Assembly (NCBI GenBank): GCA_023248595.1
Contig: JAHFEG010000010.1
Span: 1,092-65,091, forward strand
Reading direction: 5' to 3'
From: Myxococcales bacterium
GTDB lineage: Bacteria; Myxococcota; UBA727; JABDBI01
Length of the DNA stretch: 64,000 nt
How positions within the stretch are numbered: the first letter of the stretch is position 1; every line of letters begins with the position of its first letter. Below, piece after piece: positions 1 to 11,402 of this stretch. Position numbers and translations under genes: made by a program. Under the pieces are notes generated by a model that ran no database searches, was not told the origin of the DNA, and was given only the letters and a program-made list of their open reading frames with translations.

Positions 1-2
1 TG

Positions 3-188
3 AATGGATCTGGATTGATTACTTCTGTTACCGGTATTAGTTCAACGTCATTTAATTTAGCGTGGGATGCAGCTAAGTCTGCTACCGACGCTAAGCAACC
101 TGAAAGGTTTACCAGCCCAGATAGAATTGATGATTTCAATAGAGCTTTGACCGAGGCCTTGGCGCATTATTATAAACTTTGGCAATAG
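3..188 (+). CDS. 3' end of an upstream gene (open from window edge, stop TAG 186-188); function unknown
   Basis: Frame 3 is open for 62 codons from nt 3 to the TAG at 186-188. No start codon lies in the window and I recognise no motif. Confidence 0.3.
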   Translation, partial: NGSGLITSVTGISSTSFNLAWDAAKSATDAKQPERFTSPDRIDDFNRALTEALAHYYKLWQ

Positions 189-421
189 GTAAAGGCGCGA
201 ACAAATTTTAGGCCTCCAACGCTTTTTGATGAACAAAGCGTTGTTTTGTTCTGCTGGAAACATATCTAATAGCATATCGTTTGCTCATCGACGGGCAAGC
301 TCGACAGCAAGATTATCCGAGAATCTACTAAAAAATCTGCGCTTATTAATCTTGCGCCCTCCTGGGTAGGTTGACGGTATAGTTACTTGCAGGCATGGTT
401 TTTTTCAAAAATGGAAAATAA

Positions 422-913
422 ATGAAAAATAAGACTCCAAAAAAGAAATTAATTATTTCTGGTGAAGATTTATTGAAGCCTTCCACCCGGAAAAAAATGC
501 TGCGTCTCATCAAGAAAGTTTATGTAGCAGCCGATCTTCCCGATATGTTTTTGTCGCTTCATTTTACAACAGATAAAGAAATCAAGGCGCTTAATCTGCA
601 ATGGCGGGGAAAAAATAAAGCAACCGATGTTTTGTCTTTTGCTGCACAAGAAGGCGAGCAAATGCCCGGGTTTGATTTTGTTCTAGGTGATATTGTGATT
701 TCTGTGGATACTGCTAGAAGCCAAGCAAAGCAATTGGGGCATAGAACACATCAGGAAATTGCAGTTCTTTTTGTTCATGGGTTATTGCATTTACTAGGAC
801 TTGATCATGAACGAGATGAGGAGAGCGCGATTAGGCAAGTCGAATGTGAAATGGCATTGCTGGACAGGGCAGACATATCGCCACTGTTAGCGTTGACGAG
901 ACGTGAACTTTAA
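422..913 (+). CDS. ybeY: rRNA maturation endoribonuclease YbeY
   Basis: 163 aa. Zinc-binding H3xH motif 'HGLLHLLGLDHE'. Typical size. Confidence 0.85.
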   Translation: MKNKTPKKKLIISGEDLLKPSTRKKMLRLIKKVYVAADLPDMFLSLHFTTDKEIKALNLQWRGKNKATDVLSFAAQEGEQMPGFDFVLGDIVISVDTARSQAKQLGHRTHQEIAVLFVHGLLHLLGLDHERDEESAIRQVECEMALLDRADISPLLALTRREL

Positions 914-939
914 AAAAAAATGAGAGGGTTTGTTTAATC

Positions 940-1374
940 ATGTCTGATAATCCATTACAAGTATTGCAGAAATACGTGCAATCCGTTGGACTAAAGACAA
1001 CAAAACAAAGAGAGCTTATCGCCAAAGTGTTTTTTGCGCAAAATGCGCATTTGAAGGCGGAAGAAGTTTTAGATTATGTCAGAAAAATAGATCAGAAGAT
1101 AAGCCTGGCAACTGTCTACCGCACTCTTAAATTGCTGCAATCCTGTGGTTTAGCGAAGTCGCATCATTTTGGTGATGGGCACGCTCGCTTTGAGCCGACG
1201 ACTGACCAAGACGCACATCATGATCATTTTATTTGTACGAGCTGCGGAAAGATAACGGAATTTTTTAATGAGCAACTTGAGCAATTGCAAAATGATATTG
1301 CGCGTTCTCATGATTTTCAGGTGAATTACCATCGCATGGAACTCTATGGCTTTTGTGCTGATTGTAAAAAATAA
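940..1374 (+). CDS. fur: Fur-family metal uptake regulator
   Basis: 144 aa. N-terminal wHTH, metal-site motifs 'HHDHFICTSCG' and 'CADC'. Confidence 0.8.
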   Translation: MSDNPLQVLQKYVQSVGLKTTKQRELIAKVFFAQNAHLKAEEVLDYVRKIDQKISLATVYRTLKLLQSCGLAKSHHFGDGHARFEPTTDQDAHHDHFICTSCGKITEFFNEQLEQLQNDIARSHDFQVNYHRMELYGFCADCKK

Positions 1375-1445
1375 ATGCATAAACTGTGAATATTTTTTGT
1401 TTTTAGCGTGTTTTTAAATACAAGAATTTCAGTGTAAAGGTAATT

Positions 1446-2354
1446 ATGACCCTTTTGCTTCGTGCTTGTCATTTTTTAATCCTTATTCAAATTATGCTGT
1501 TTTTTTCTCCTGTATCCGCCCATTTTCGCGAAACATATTTGGAAGAGTCTGAAGAACTTTTGAAAAAAAAAGGAGCACTCTCTTTTTTAGAAAATGAAGA
1601 TATGACTTTACATGAGCATAACGTTAAAGAATGGGTCAATAGCGAAATTTCTAAAAAATTAGCGGAAAGTTCGGCGGAGTATGAAAAAAACCAACTCGAA
1701 AATAGCGAAGTTCGATTGCCAATTTGCGATCTTGGCCACCCCCCGTTGGAATGGTATTTTGCTGAAAAAGAACCTTATTTTCGCTATCTCGTTCATCACG
1801 GCATTTGTTCAGATGACTTTCATTTTCTAAAATGGTCTGGCGGTGACTGGGTAAGATTTTTTGAAAAACAAATCGAGAATCATAATGAAGGAATGATTTG
1901 TCAAAATATCTGGCAAGAACAACCAAATCAAAATAATTATATTCAAGTTGTTTTGAATCATCATGTGTTTGATGTCGTGATGCAAAAGCAAAAAATACTA
2001 CCAATGCTACAGCATGCAGTATTACAAATGTTGATGAGGACCAAAGAAAAGCCTGTGCAAATCATAGGCCAAATTGTCTTAACCTCTACTCCTGCTCTTG
2101 ACGAGGGTTTTCTTTGCTTGGAATTGTGGGAAAGAAATAAGGCTGATTGGCATCTGCTTCATAGTGTAACGGGTTTTGTTGATGATGCTCGTTATGATGT
2201 CAAAAAGTGGATAATAAAGACAAAAGCCTCTGCTTTTAGTGAAATAAAAATGATTCTAAAAGTAGATAAAAAAGGCCTTGATGCGATATCTGGTTCCAGC
2301 TTTTTGAGCCGTCTTTACATTTATGACGCAATTTTACGCAAAAGCCATCAATAA
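1446..2354 (+). CDS. hypothetical secreted protein
   Basis: 302 aa. N-terminal hydrophobic signal-like segment (LILIQIMLFFSPVSA). No recognisable domain. Confidence 0.45.
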   Translation: MTLLLRACHFLILIQIMLFFSPVSAHFRETYLEESEELLKKKGALSFLENEDMTLHEHNVKEWVNSEISKKLAESSAEYEKNQLENSEVRLPICDLGHPPLEWYFAEKEPYFRYLVHHGICSDDFHFLKWSGGDWVRFFEKQIENHNEGMICQNIWQEQPNQNNYIQVVLNHHVFDVVMQKQKILPMLQHAVLQMLMRTKEKPVQIIGQIVLTSTPALDEGFLCLELWERNKADWHLLHSVTGFVDDARYDVKKWIIKTKASAFSEIKMILKVDKKGLDAISGSSFLSRLYIYDAILRKSHQ

Positions 2355-2386
2355 AAAACCCCAAAAAAGCAAAGGCCACATGAGCC

Positions 2387-2848
2387 TTAAGGCAAGCCAG
2401 CAGATGCCTTGATTTGCTTGGAACGATGCCACCTTTGTTGTACTTCATAAGTGGCAATCACAGGAATATAGAAGAGAACGTCTCCGCAAATTTTGCCAAT
2501 AAGTACGCCTAGTTCAGGTCCAAGCAGGTTTGCGCCAAGAACTAAACAAATAGGTCGTAAGAAAAAACTGTCTAGGACTTCTGCTGGTCCAAATTCTGCG
2601 AGCATGTCTGTGAGCATTTTTCTTTTATTCTTGTGGTTTTTTTTATCTTTCATGCGTTGATAAAAAATGACACTGTAAAAACCTAAATTCTCAGCCCAAG
2701 CGCCTATGACGCCTGCGGCCAGGACAAAGCTGGAAAAATGTTCTACGGTAAAAAAAGCGATATAAACTGCGATTGTGCCGCTGATTTCAGCAGGGCCATA
2801 ACGTTTGAGCCAGTGTAAGAATTTTGCTTTGGTAAACATAAAAATCAT
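2387..2848 (-). CDS. hypothetical small membrane protein with internal duplication
   Basis: 153 aa, several hydrophobic segments. Internally repeated motif 'YGPAEISGT' / 'FGPAEVLDS'. Confidence 0.4.
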   Translation of the reverse strand: MIFMFTKAKFLHWLKRYGPAEISGTIAVYIAFFTVEHFSSFVLAAGVIGAWAENLGFYSVIFYQRMKDKKNHKNKRKMLTDMLAEFGPAEVLDSFFLRPICLVLGANLLGPELGVLIGKICGDVLFYIPVIATYEVQQRWHRSKQIKASAGLP

Positions 2849-2939
2849 CCATTTGTCGTATTGACTTGTTTGGCAGACTAATGGTTTGAAATGAACCCGT
2901 CAACGGGCTTAGAGTCGTTGACGGTTCTTCACAATTTTA

Positions 2940-4775
2940 TTATCGATTGCAGCTATCGTAACTAATGTAAATTCTTGTTGATGCTCGATCGCTTATTTGC
3001 CCATTGGAATCAATAACTTGAAGTTGGACGTGGACGCTATATCCAGATCCGATGTCTTTGAGAAAATAGTCGGTCCATTGTGGATAATCGGAATGATAAA
3101 CTAAAATTCCGTCATAATACCACCGGTACTCAACGATGCGGTTTGTACCAGGATCGTAAGAGTCGCTGGCATCAAAATCTATCGCTTGGTACTCACAATC
3201 CGAGTATCTATAATTGGTATAAGCATCAAAGGACGCGATCGGAAAGCCATTTTTCAAGGCTAAATTGATGGTTTTGCTTGATTTTCTGCCCTCATTGTCC
3301 GTTACCGTGAGAAGAATAGTATGTGGCCCAGACTGATTTATCGATGCCGAAATACGCCCATCAGCAGGGTAGGTCGTTTTATTGAGGCCCGGAATGGTGG
3401 ATGAAGACCAAGCATAGGAAACGATTGTGGTATTAGGATAATTGACCTTGGAACTGTTGGGATCCAGAGTAATGGTCGTAGGGGTGTATTCATTGGGGTA
3501 AAGGCTATAGGTTACCTCAACAATGGGATTGGGGCTTTGTAAAATATAGCTGTGTATATTTGTTGAATTTCGACCGCTATTGTCATAGGCGCTTAAGGTC
3601 GCTTGATATGTTCCGGGGGATTGATAGTGACGGGTTATAATTTGCGTTTCATTTGCTAAACGCTCAAAAGGTGCTTCTCCTGGTAAATTCCAAAGATATT
3701 TTACCATACTTGCTCCCGGATAAACGGTATGAGAGGCGCTGCCATCAAATGTCAATTGCAGTGGAGCCGAGTGGTAAATGTTGTCGTAAGAAATTGAGAG
3801 ATTTGTGACAGGTGATCCATCAGGCACTTGGAAATTTTGCGTTTCTGTCTTTTGTAAATTTACACTATCTGTCAATCGTAATTCAAAAGCATGTATTCCA
3901 GGATTCTCAATATGGTAGCTGTCGATGAAAAATCCTAAATTTTGAAACCCTTTACCCTCTTGGAAGTTCCATTCATAAGTTTTTAGAGTTGCACCAGGGA
4001 ATTGTGCATGAGAGGCACTTGCGTCACATGAAACATTCAAAGGCGCATAAGGGATGGGCGATGTGATTTGGCAAGCAAAAATGGGTGCTGGATAGCCGTC
4101 CTCAAGCGTAAGAATCAGAAAAGTTGTCGCTTCGTCACCTTCATCATCTTCCACCGTGAGCATGACATTTAAATTACCGGATGCTGTGTATAAGTGATCA
4201 ACTGTTGGGATAGTTGTGACAATAGTTTGACCGTCACCAAAATTCCATTTCCACTTACGAATTTTATTTGTGTTTCCAAGGTCTGAAGATTTCGATGCAT
4301 CAAAATGGACCGTTGTTGGAGTATAATTGCTGTCGCCGCTATACTTAAATTCAGCGACGGGATCTGCGGTCCTTTCAGTGTCAGCCCAGATAGAGCCTGA
4401 CACGATAGCCCAGAGCGCACCTCCAACCAAAGAAACCAACGAGGTTGCTTTAAAACCGACGCTGTGTGTACAGGTGTCTTGCGTGCATTTGGTAAACCCA
4501 AGTATGGTGCCGAGGACGCCAAATCCAAGTACAGGAAGGCTTACAAAAAATGCCGTTCGTGAATCATCGCGTTTTTTAATTTTATAATCTGTATGATGTG
4601 GTGTTTCACCAGAGATTGCTATCGCATCGCGGCGTGTATTGGCGATTGATTTTGCTTCAGCCGAATTAAATTGGTTAAAAGCAAATGAACAAAGCAGAAC
4701 ATAAGTCACGATTCTCATGTGGAAAACCTTCTTAGATGTTTTCCATTGAACAGGTCGCAGCGTTGTTTTATTCAA
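2940..4775 (-). CDS. membrane-anchored PKD-repeat surface protein
   Basis: 611 aa. Likely signal peptide starting at the internal Met (MRIVTYVLLCSFA...), then two TM-like segments. At least four PKD hallmarks (WKWNFGDGQ, YEWNFQEG, YLWNLPGE, YAWSSS). Confidence 0.6.
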   Translation of the reverse strand: MNKTTLRPVQWKTSKKVFHMRIVTYVLLCSFAFNQFNSAEAKSIANTRRDAIAISGETPHHTDYKIKKRDDSRTAFFVSLPVLGFGVLGTILGFTKCTQDTCTHSVGFKATSLVSLVGGALWAIVSGSIWADTERTADPVAEFKYSGDSNYTPTTVHFDASKSSDLGNTNKIRKWKWNFGDGQTIVTTIPTVDHLYTASGNLNVMLTVEDDEGDEATTFLILTLEDGYPAPIFACQITSPIPYAPLNVSCDASASHAQFPGATLKTYEWNFQEGKGFQNLGFFIDSYHIENPGIHAFELRLTDSVNLQKTETQNFQVPDGSPVTNLSISYDNIYHSAPLQLTFDGSASHTVYPGASMVKYLWNLPGEAPFERLANETQIITRHYQSPGTYQATLSAYDNSGRNSTNIHSYILQSPNPIVEVTYSLYPNEYTPTTITLDPNSSKVNYPNTTIVSYAWSSSTIPGLNKTTYPADGRISASINQSGPHTILLTVTDNEGRKSSKTINLALKNGFPIASFDAYTNYRYSDCEYQAIDFDASDSYDPGTNRIVEYRWYYDGILVYHSDYPQWTDYFLKDIGSGYSVHVQLQVIDSNGQISDRASTRIYISYDSCNR

Positions 4776-4784
4776 ATAGACATA

Positions 4785-5528
4785 TTACAACTGCGCTCTA
4801 ACAAATTCGCGATTTAGTTCTGTAATTACTCGAGTGCTAATTTCTTTGGGACAGACCGCTTCGCATTCTTGCGTATTGGTGCAGCTTCCAAAACCTTCTT
4901 CATCCATTTTCATGATCATAGCTTGGACACGTTGCTGACGCTCTGGTTGTCCTTGCGGTAGGTGCATGAGTTGGGATACCTTCGCACCAACAAATAACAT
5001 TGCCGAAGCATTCTTACAGGCTGCTACGCAGGCACCACAACCAATACAAGCTGCAGCATCAAAGGCGAGGTCTGCATGTACTTTAGAAATGGGAATGGTG
5101 TTGCCGTCGGGAGCAGAGCCAGTATTGACGGAGACGAATCCCCCGGCTTGCATGATGCGGTCAAAGGCGCTGCGATCAACGACCAAATCTTTGATAGGGG
5201 AAAATGCTTTAGCGCGCCAAGGCTCAACGGTAATGGTGTCACCATCTTTAAAACGACGCATATGCAGTTGACAGGCTGTTGTGCCTGAGTCTGGCCCATG
5301 CGCAATACCATTAATTACAAGCGAACAAGCACCGCAAATGCCTTCACGGCAATCGGATTCAAATGCGATGGGTTCTTGGTTTTGGCTGATTAAATCTTCA
5401 TTTACCACATCGAGCATTTCTAAAAAAGACATGTCAGGTGAGATAGCTTTGGCTTCATAGGACACAAACTGTCCTTTTGCCTTGGAATTTTTTTGCCGCC
5501 AGATGCGCAAATGCAGGTTCATGCTCAT
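4785..5528 (-). CDS. sdhB: succinate dehydrogenase/fumarate reductase iron-sulfur subunit
   Basis: 247 aa. 2Fe-2S and 4Fe-4S cysteine clusters ([28 protein letters not shown]). Confidence 0.9.
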   Translation of the reverse strand: MSMNLHLRIWRQKNSKAKGQFVSYEAKAISPDMSFLEMLDVVNEDLISQNQEPIAFESDCREGICGACSLVINGIAHGPDSGTTACQLHMRRFKDGDTITVEPWRAKAFSPIKDLVVDRSAFDRIMQAGGFVSVNTGSAPDGNTIPISKVHADLAFDAAACIGCGACVAACKNASAMLFVGAKVSQLMHLPQGQPERQQRVQAMIMKMDEEGFGSCTNTQECEAVCPKEISTRVITELNREFVRAQL

Positions 5529-7438
5529 TGATAACTCCGTTGTGCCAGAGCAATGTTTTCAAATTGTAATGGCTCTTTGTGGAGCTCAGGTTTTTGCTTG
5601 CTTCCTTTATATTCCCAGGCTGCTACGTAACAAAAGTCTTCGTCGTTACGTTTTGCTTCTCCGTCTTGTGTTTGGTATTCTTCGCGAAAATGCCCACCGC
5701 AACTTTCGCGCCGTTGCAAAGCATCGTGGCATAAAAGTTCTGCAAATTCTAAAAAGTCAGCGACGCGCAAGGCTTTTTCTAAGACTGGATTCATTTCAAG
5801 ATCGCTTCCTGTAACACGAACATCTTTCCAAAATTCTTCACGTAATGCTGGGATTTGTGACAAAGCATTTTGTAAACCTTTTTCTGTTCGAGCCATGCCG
5901 CAATCATTCCACATGATTTTTCCAAGTTCTCGATGGAAAAAATCAGGAGAACGCTTTCCTTGGATGGACATGAGGCGATGAACATCATCAGCTGCATCTA
6001 TCGCTGTTTGCTTGCATTTTGCATCGGTATCTTTGATGCTATTGGGTTTGATTTGGTTTAAATAGCCAGAAATGGTGTTGGGAAGTACAAAATAACCATC
6101 TGCTAATCCTTGCATTAAGGCACTGGCACCAAGACGATTGGCGCCGTGATCCGAAAAATTAGCTTCGCCCAAAACAAAGAGTCCAGGAATGGTACTCATC
6201 AATTCATAATCAACCCATAATCCGCCCATGGTGTAATGGGAAGCGGGATAGATGCGCATGGGCAATTCAAAGGGATCTTCATCTGTGATTTTTTGATACA
6301 TGTGAAAAAGATTGCTGTATCTGGCAGAAATAACGTCTTTGCCAAGGCGTTTGATGGCATCGCTAAAATCTAAAAAGACACCTCGTCCACCTGGACCAAT
6401 GCCTCTTCCTTCATCACACACTTGTTTGGCTGCACGCGAAGCAATGTCTCTGGGCGCAAGGTTCCCGTAGCTAGGATATTTTCGCTCTAAATAATAATCT
6501 CGTTCTTCTTCTGGAATTTGATGCGCAGCTCGTTTATCGCTTTTTTGTTTGGGGACCCATACGCGGCCATCGTTACGCAAAGATTCTGACATCAATGTGA
6601 GTTTAGATTGGTGATCCCCACTTTGTGGAATGCAGGTCGGGTGAATTTGTGTGTAGCAAGGATTAGCAAAGAGTGCGCCTTGTTTAAAAGCGCGATATGT
6701 CGCCGTGACATTGCATCCGATGGCATTGGTGGACAGGTAAAAAACAGGGCCATATCCGCCTGTAGCTAATACCACAGCATCACCAGTATGCGCTGTCATT
6801 TCTCCGGTGACCAAGTTGCGTACTATAATTCCTTTGGCGTGACCATCGACCATGATGAGATCTTGCATCTCGGTGCGCGGATGACTTTTAACTGTGCCTG
6901 CTGCTATTTGTCGATTTAGCGCCCCGTAGGCACCTAGGAGAAGTTGTTGGCCGGTTTGTCCGCGCGCATAAAAAGTGCGCGACACCAAAGAGCCTCCAAA
7001 TGATCGATTATCGAGCAGACCGCCATATTCGCGTGCAAAAGGGACGCCTTGGGCAACGCATTGGTCAATAATATTGACACTGAGTTGAGCTAATCGATAA
7101 ACATTGGCTTCCCTCGCGCGAAAATCGCCGCCTTTGATGGTGTCATAAAACAGGCGATGAACGCTATCACCGTCATTACGATAGTTTTTGGCAGCATTAA
7201 TTCCGCCTTGGGCGGCAATACTATGAGCTCGCCTGGGGCTATCTTGAAAGCAAAAAGTGGAAACTCTAAATCCAAGTTCGCCTAAAGAGGCAGCAGCTGA
7301 AGCACCTGCTAAACCAGTACCAACGACAATAATATGATATTTTCGTTTATTCGCTGGATTGATGGGTTTGCTGGCATCTTTATAGTGATTCCATTTGTCA
7401 GCTAAAGGTCCCGATGGAATTTTGGCGTCTAAGAACAT
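5525..7438 (-). CDS. sdhA: succinate dehydrogenase/fumarate reductase flavoprotein subunit (long form)
   Basis: 637 aa. FAD-binding N-terminus ([14 protein letters not shown]), covalent-FAD/His region, 'HYTMGG' motif. Overlaps sdhB by 4 nt. Confidence 0.9.
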   Translation of the reverse strand: MFLDAKIPSGPLADKWNHYKDASKPINPANKRKYHIIVVGTGLAGASAAASLGELGFRVSTFCFQDSPRRAHSIAAQGGINAAKNYRNDGDSVHRLFYDTIKGGDFRAREANVYRLAQLSVNIIDQCVAQGVPFAREYGGLLDNRSFGGSLVSRTFYARGQTGQQLLLGAYGALNRQIAAGTVKSHPRTEMQDLIMVDGHAKGIIVRNLVTGEMTAHTGDAVVLATGGYGPVFYLSTNAIGCNVTATYRAFKQGALFANPCYTQIHPTCIPQSGDHQSKLTLMSESLRNDGRVWVPKQKSDKRAAHQIPEEERDYYLERKYPSYGNLAPRDIASRAAKQVCDEGRGIGPGGRGVFLDFSDAIKRLGKDVISARYSNLFHMYQKITDEDPFELPMRIYPASHYTMGGLWVDYELMSTIPGLFVLGEANFSDHGANRLGASALMQGLADGYFVLPNTISGYLNQIKPNSIKDTDAKCKQTAIDAADDVHRLMSIQGKRSPDFFHRELGKIMWNDCGMARTEKGLQNALSQIPALREEFWKDVRVTGSDLEMNPVLEKALRVADFLEFAELLCHDALQRRESCGGHFREEYQTQDGEAKRNDEDFCYVAAWEYKGSKQKPELHKEPLQFENIALAQRSYQ

Positions 7439-7439
7439 T

Positions 7440-8129
7440 TTATAGCTCCGTTTCTATGATTCCGAGCCACACAGATGCAGGAATAGAAATATAGAGTGCA
7501 GCAATTAAAAGAGCAAAACAAACACCAAAGCGTCGTAAGAAAATTGCCCATTTACTATCGACAGCTAGACCGAGTGTTTGTGCTGAACTGGAAAATCCAT
7601 GGCTAATGTGCATGCTCAAAAAAATTTGAGCAATGATATAAAAACTCGCAATGTAAATATTTTGAAATCCTAAAACAGTCATGTTGTACACATCGTGTCG
7701 GCCTTGAGCATCGATGAGATTAGCCTGTTCAGGATTGATCCAGCCTAGGGTGAGATGGGCTAAGTGAAACAGCACAAACGACAAGACGACTAAGCCGCTG
7801 AGCAACATGGTTCTGGAAGCCACCGATGCGCGAACTGGTTTATTTTGCCCATAGCTAATTGGTCTGGCAGCGCGATTTTTAATCGACAATCGGATCGACG
7901 TCCCAATATGTAAGACGAAAGCCAAGATAAGAGCGATGCGCATTCCCCATAGGAATTTTGGGAAGCTCTTTAGCAAAACAGCATAGGTGTTGACGGCGTC
8001 TTGGCCCGAAAACATCTGCAGATTCCCGCATAAATGTGTAACTAGAAAGAATATTAAAAATAATCCTGTAGCAGCCATCATCATTTTACTGCCAATTGAG
8101 GAAGAGAAGAAGTTGTTATGTTTAATCAT
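7440..8129 (-). CDS. sdhC: succinate dehydrogenase cytochrome b subunit, single 5-TM di-heme type (type B)
   Basis: 229 aa. Five hydrophobic helices with His in helices 1-4 (H, H, HxxH, HxxH). Immediately upstream of sdhA. No separate sdhD is present. Confidence 0.7.
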   Translation of the reverse strand: MIKHNNFFSSSIGSKMMMAATGLFLIFFLVTHLCGNLQMFSGQDAVNTYAVLLKSFPKFLWGMRIALILAFVLHIGTSIRLSIKNRAARPISYGQNKPVRASVASRTMLLSGLVVLSFVLFHLAHLTLGWINPEQANLIDAQGRHDVYNMTVLGFQNIYIASFYIIAQIFLSMHISHGFSSSAQTLGLAVDSKWAIFLRRFGVCFALLIAALYISIPASVWLGIIETEL

Positions 8130-8138
8130 GGCTATTTA

Positions 8139-9107
<969 letters not shown>

Positions 9108-9196
9108 TTACAAACAGTTAAACAACGCTTGAACACAAACATAAACAGGGGATTATTGCAAGCACGGTTTTGGTTTTTAAATAAGGAGCTATAATT

Positions 9197-9835
9197 ATGG
9201 TAGAATTTTTAAGTGATTTAAGTACGAGGGATATTAAGGCGCAAAAAGTCGAAGGGTTAGCGCGAGAAGTTCTTGGTAAAACCTATGTGACCTTTCAGAC
9301 AAAACAGTTTTTTCTAGACGAAGATTTTGATGGGGGCCATGCTAAGGTTAGAGCAAATTTGCGTCAGCATACCGGTGAGCAGACAACTGATATGGACATC
9401 GAAGGGCAAGGCGTAGGACTTGTGGATGCTTTATTTGATGGCATGCTTAAAAGCTTTGCGCGCGAATATTCTTCGCTTTCAAGTATTGCGATTGTCGATT
9501 TTAATATTCATATCAAAGTCAAAAGTTCCTATGGTCGTAGAAGTGATGCAATGGCCATTGCCATGTTAACTATTCGAAATTCTGAAGATAATGAGTATGC
9601 TTTTTCCCACAGTACGCCCTCTGTTAGTCAGTCGAGCGTGGCTGTTGTGCAAGATGCTGTTAAATTTTTTGTGAATAGCGAGCGCGCTTATATTCAGCTT
9701 TATGTAGCGTTGGAAGATGCTAAAAAGCGTGGCCGATTTGATTTGGTGGAGCGCTATCAAAATCAGATGTCCACCTTGGTGCAAGCAACATCCTATCGGA
9801 AAATTGTGGAGCAGATGACCGCTGACAAAAAGTAA
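9197..9835 (+). CDS. hypothetical protein (weak resemblance to LeuA-dimer/allosteric domain motif 'GQGVGLVDALFDGM')
   Basis: 212 aa, divergent from mdh. I cannot assign it to a family with confidence. Confidence 0.4.
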   Translation: MVEFLSDLSTRDIKAQKVEGLAREVLGKTYVTFQTKQFFLDEDFDGGHAKVRANLRQHTGEQTTDMDIEGQGVGLVDALFDGMLKSFAREYSSLSSIAIVDFNIHIKVKSSYGRRSDAMAIAMLTIRNSEDNEYAFSHSTPSVSQSSVAVVQDAVKFFVNSERAYIQLYVALEDAKKRGRFDLVERYQNQMSTLVQATSYRKIVEQMTADKK

Positions 9836-9907
9836 GACGAAGGCCCCTTGCCACTTATTGCGATTCAGGTAAATAGCCAGCACTGTTTTCATACAAAATT
9901 GTAAGGA

Positions 9908-11395
9908 ATGATTAGCACCATGATGAAAGATCAATCATATGAAGGCATTTCTTTAGGCTTAACCTTTGATGATGTTTCTTTGGTGCCAGCCTATTCGGAA
10001 ATATTGCCTGCTCAAGTCGATATTGCTTCATCATTAGGGCCTTCCCTTTTGCTTAAAGCACCTTTGCTGTCTGCTGCGATGGATACAGTCACTGAAAGCG
10101 CGACTGCTGTCACCATGGCTCATATGGGCGGTTTGGGCGTTATTCACAAGAACATGTCGATTGCCAAGCAAACAGAAGAAGTCACTTTGGTGAAGCGATT
10201 TGAAGCCGGTGTTGTATCTCACCCTTTGACGATTGGTCCGGATACGACCATTGCCGAAGTCATGCAGCTGATGAAAAACCATCGCGTCAGTGGTTTTCCT
10301 GTGACGACTAATGGAAAGCTGTGCGGTATTGTCACCAAAAGAGACTTGCGTTTTACCGAAGAGATGCAAGTTGCTGTTGCTCTAGTCATGACCAAAAACG
10401 TTGTGTCGGCAAAAGAAGGGACTTCCGCAGAAACTTGCCGGGCCTTGATGCAAGAGCATCGTATTGAAAAATTGCCACTGGTTGACAGTGAAGGTAAGTT
10501 GACCGGTTTAGTAACGATTAAAGATTTGCAAAATGTTTTGGCTTATCCAAATGCAGTGAGAGATAGTCGCGGTCGACTTTTATGTGCAGCGGCGCTTGGA
10601 GTCAGCCAAGATTTAGAAGCCCGCGCCCATGCCTTAGTGGCTGCCGGTGTTGACGCTTTAGTTGTGGATGCAGCCCATGGTCATAGCCTGGCGGTCATCA
10701 AGAGTGTCAAAAATTTGCGGCAGTGGTTCCCTGATTTGACGATTGTGGCAGGCAATATTGTCACAGGGGAAGGTGCGTTGGCTTTGGCTGACGCAGGTGC
10801 AAATGCTGTAAAAGTGGGAATTGGTCCAGGGTCGATTTGTACAACTCGTATTGTTGCTGGCGTTGGGGTACCACAAATCAGCGCTGTGATGGAAGTGGCG
10901 AAGGTGACGAAGCGCAAAGGCATTTCGCTCATTTCTGATGGTGGCATTAAGTATTCTGGAGATATGGTCAAGGCATTGGCTGCAGGCGCAAATTTAATCA
11001 TGGTGGGTTCCTTGTTAGCAGGAACAGACGAAGCGCCTGGCGAGCAAGTTCTTTATCAAGGACGAACCTTTAAAGTTTATCGAGGCATGGGAAGCTTGGG
11101 AGCAATGGCCCAGGGCAGCAAAGACCGTTATGGGCAAGCAGACGTCACAGAGTCAGGTAAATTTGTTCCGGAAGGCATTGAAGGACGAATTCCTTATCGT
11201 GGTCCGCTTTCTTCAACTGTTTATCAACTCATGGGTGGTTTACGTTCAGGAATGGGTTATTTGGGAGCGGCCAATATTGCTGAGCTTCAGCAAAAAGCAA
11301 AATTCGTTCAAGTTACAAGTTCTGGTCTTCGAGAAAGTCATGTGCATGACGTGATTATCACCAAAGAGGCACCTAACTATTATTCGAAGTCTTGA
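9908..11395 (+). CDS. guaB: inosine-5'-monophosphate dehydrogenase
   Basis: 495 aa. CBS pair, catalytic loop 'GIGPGSICTTR', typical C-terminus. Confidence 0.92.
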   Translation: MISTMMKDQSYEGISLGLTFDDVSLVPAYSEILPAQVDIASSLGPSLLLKAPLLSAAMDTVTESATAVTMAHMGGLGVIHKNMSIAKQTEEVTLVKRFEAGVVSHPLTIGPDTTIAEVMQLMKNHRVSGFPVTTNGKLCGIVTKRDLRFTEEMQVAVALVMTKNVVSAKEGTSAETCRALMQEHRIEKLPLVDSEGKLTGLVTIKDLQNVLAYPNAVRDSRGRLLCAAALGVSQDLEARAHALVAAGVDALVVDAAHGHSLAVIKSVKNLRQWFPDLTIVAGNIVTGEGALALADAGANAVKVGIGPGSICTTRIVAGVGVPQISAVMEVAKVTKRKGISLISDGGIKYSGDMVKALAAGANLIMVGSLLAGTDEAPGEQVLYQGRTFKVYRGMGSLGAMAQGSKDRYGQADVTESGKFVPEGIEGRIPYRGPLSSTVYQLMGGLRSGMGYLGAANIAELQQKAKFVQVTSSGLRESHVHDVIITKEAPNYYSKS

Positions 11396-11402
11396 AGGTA
11401 AG

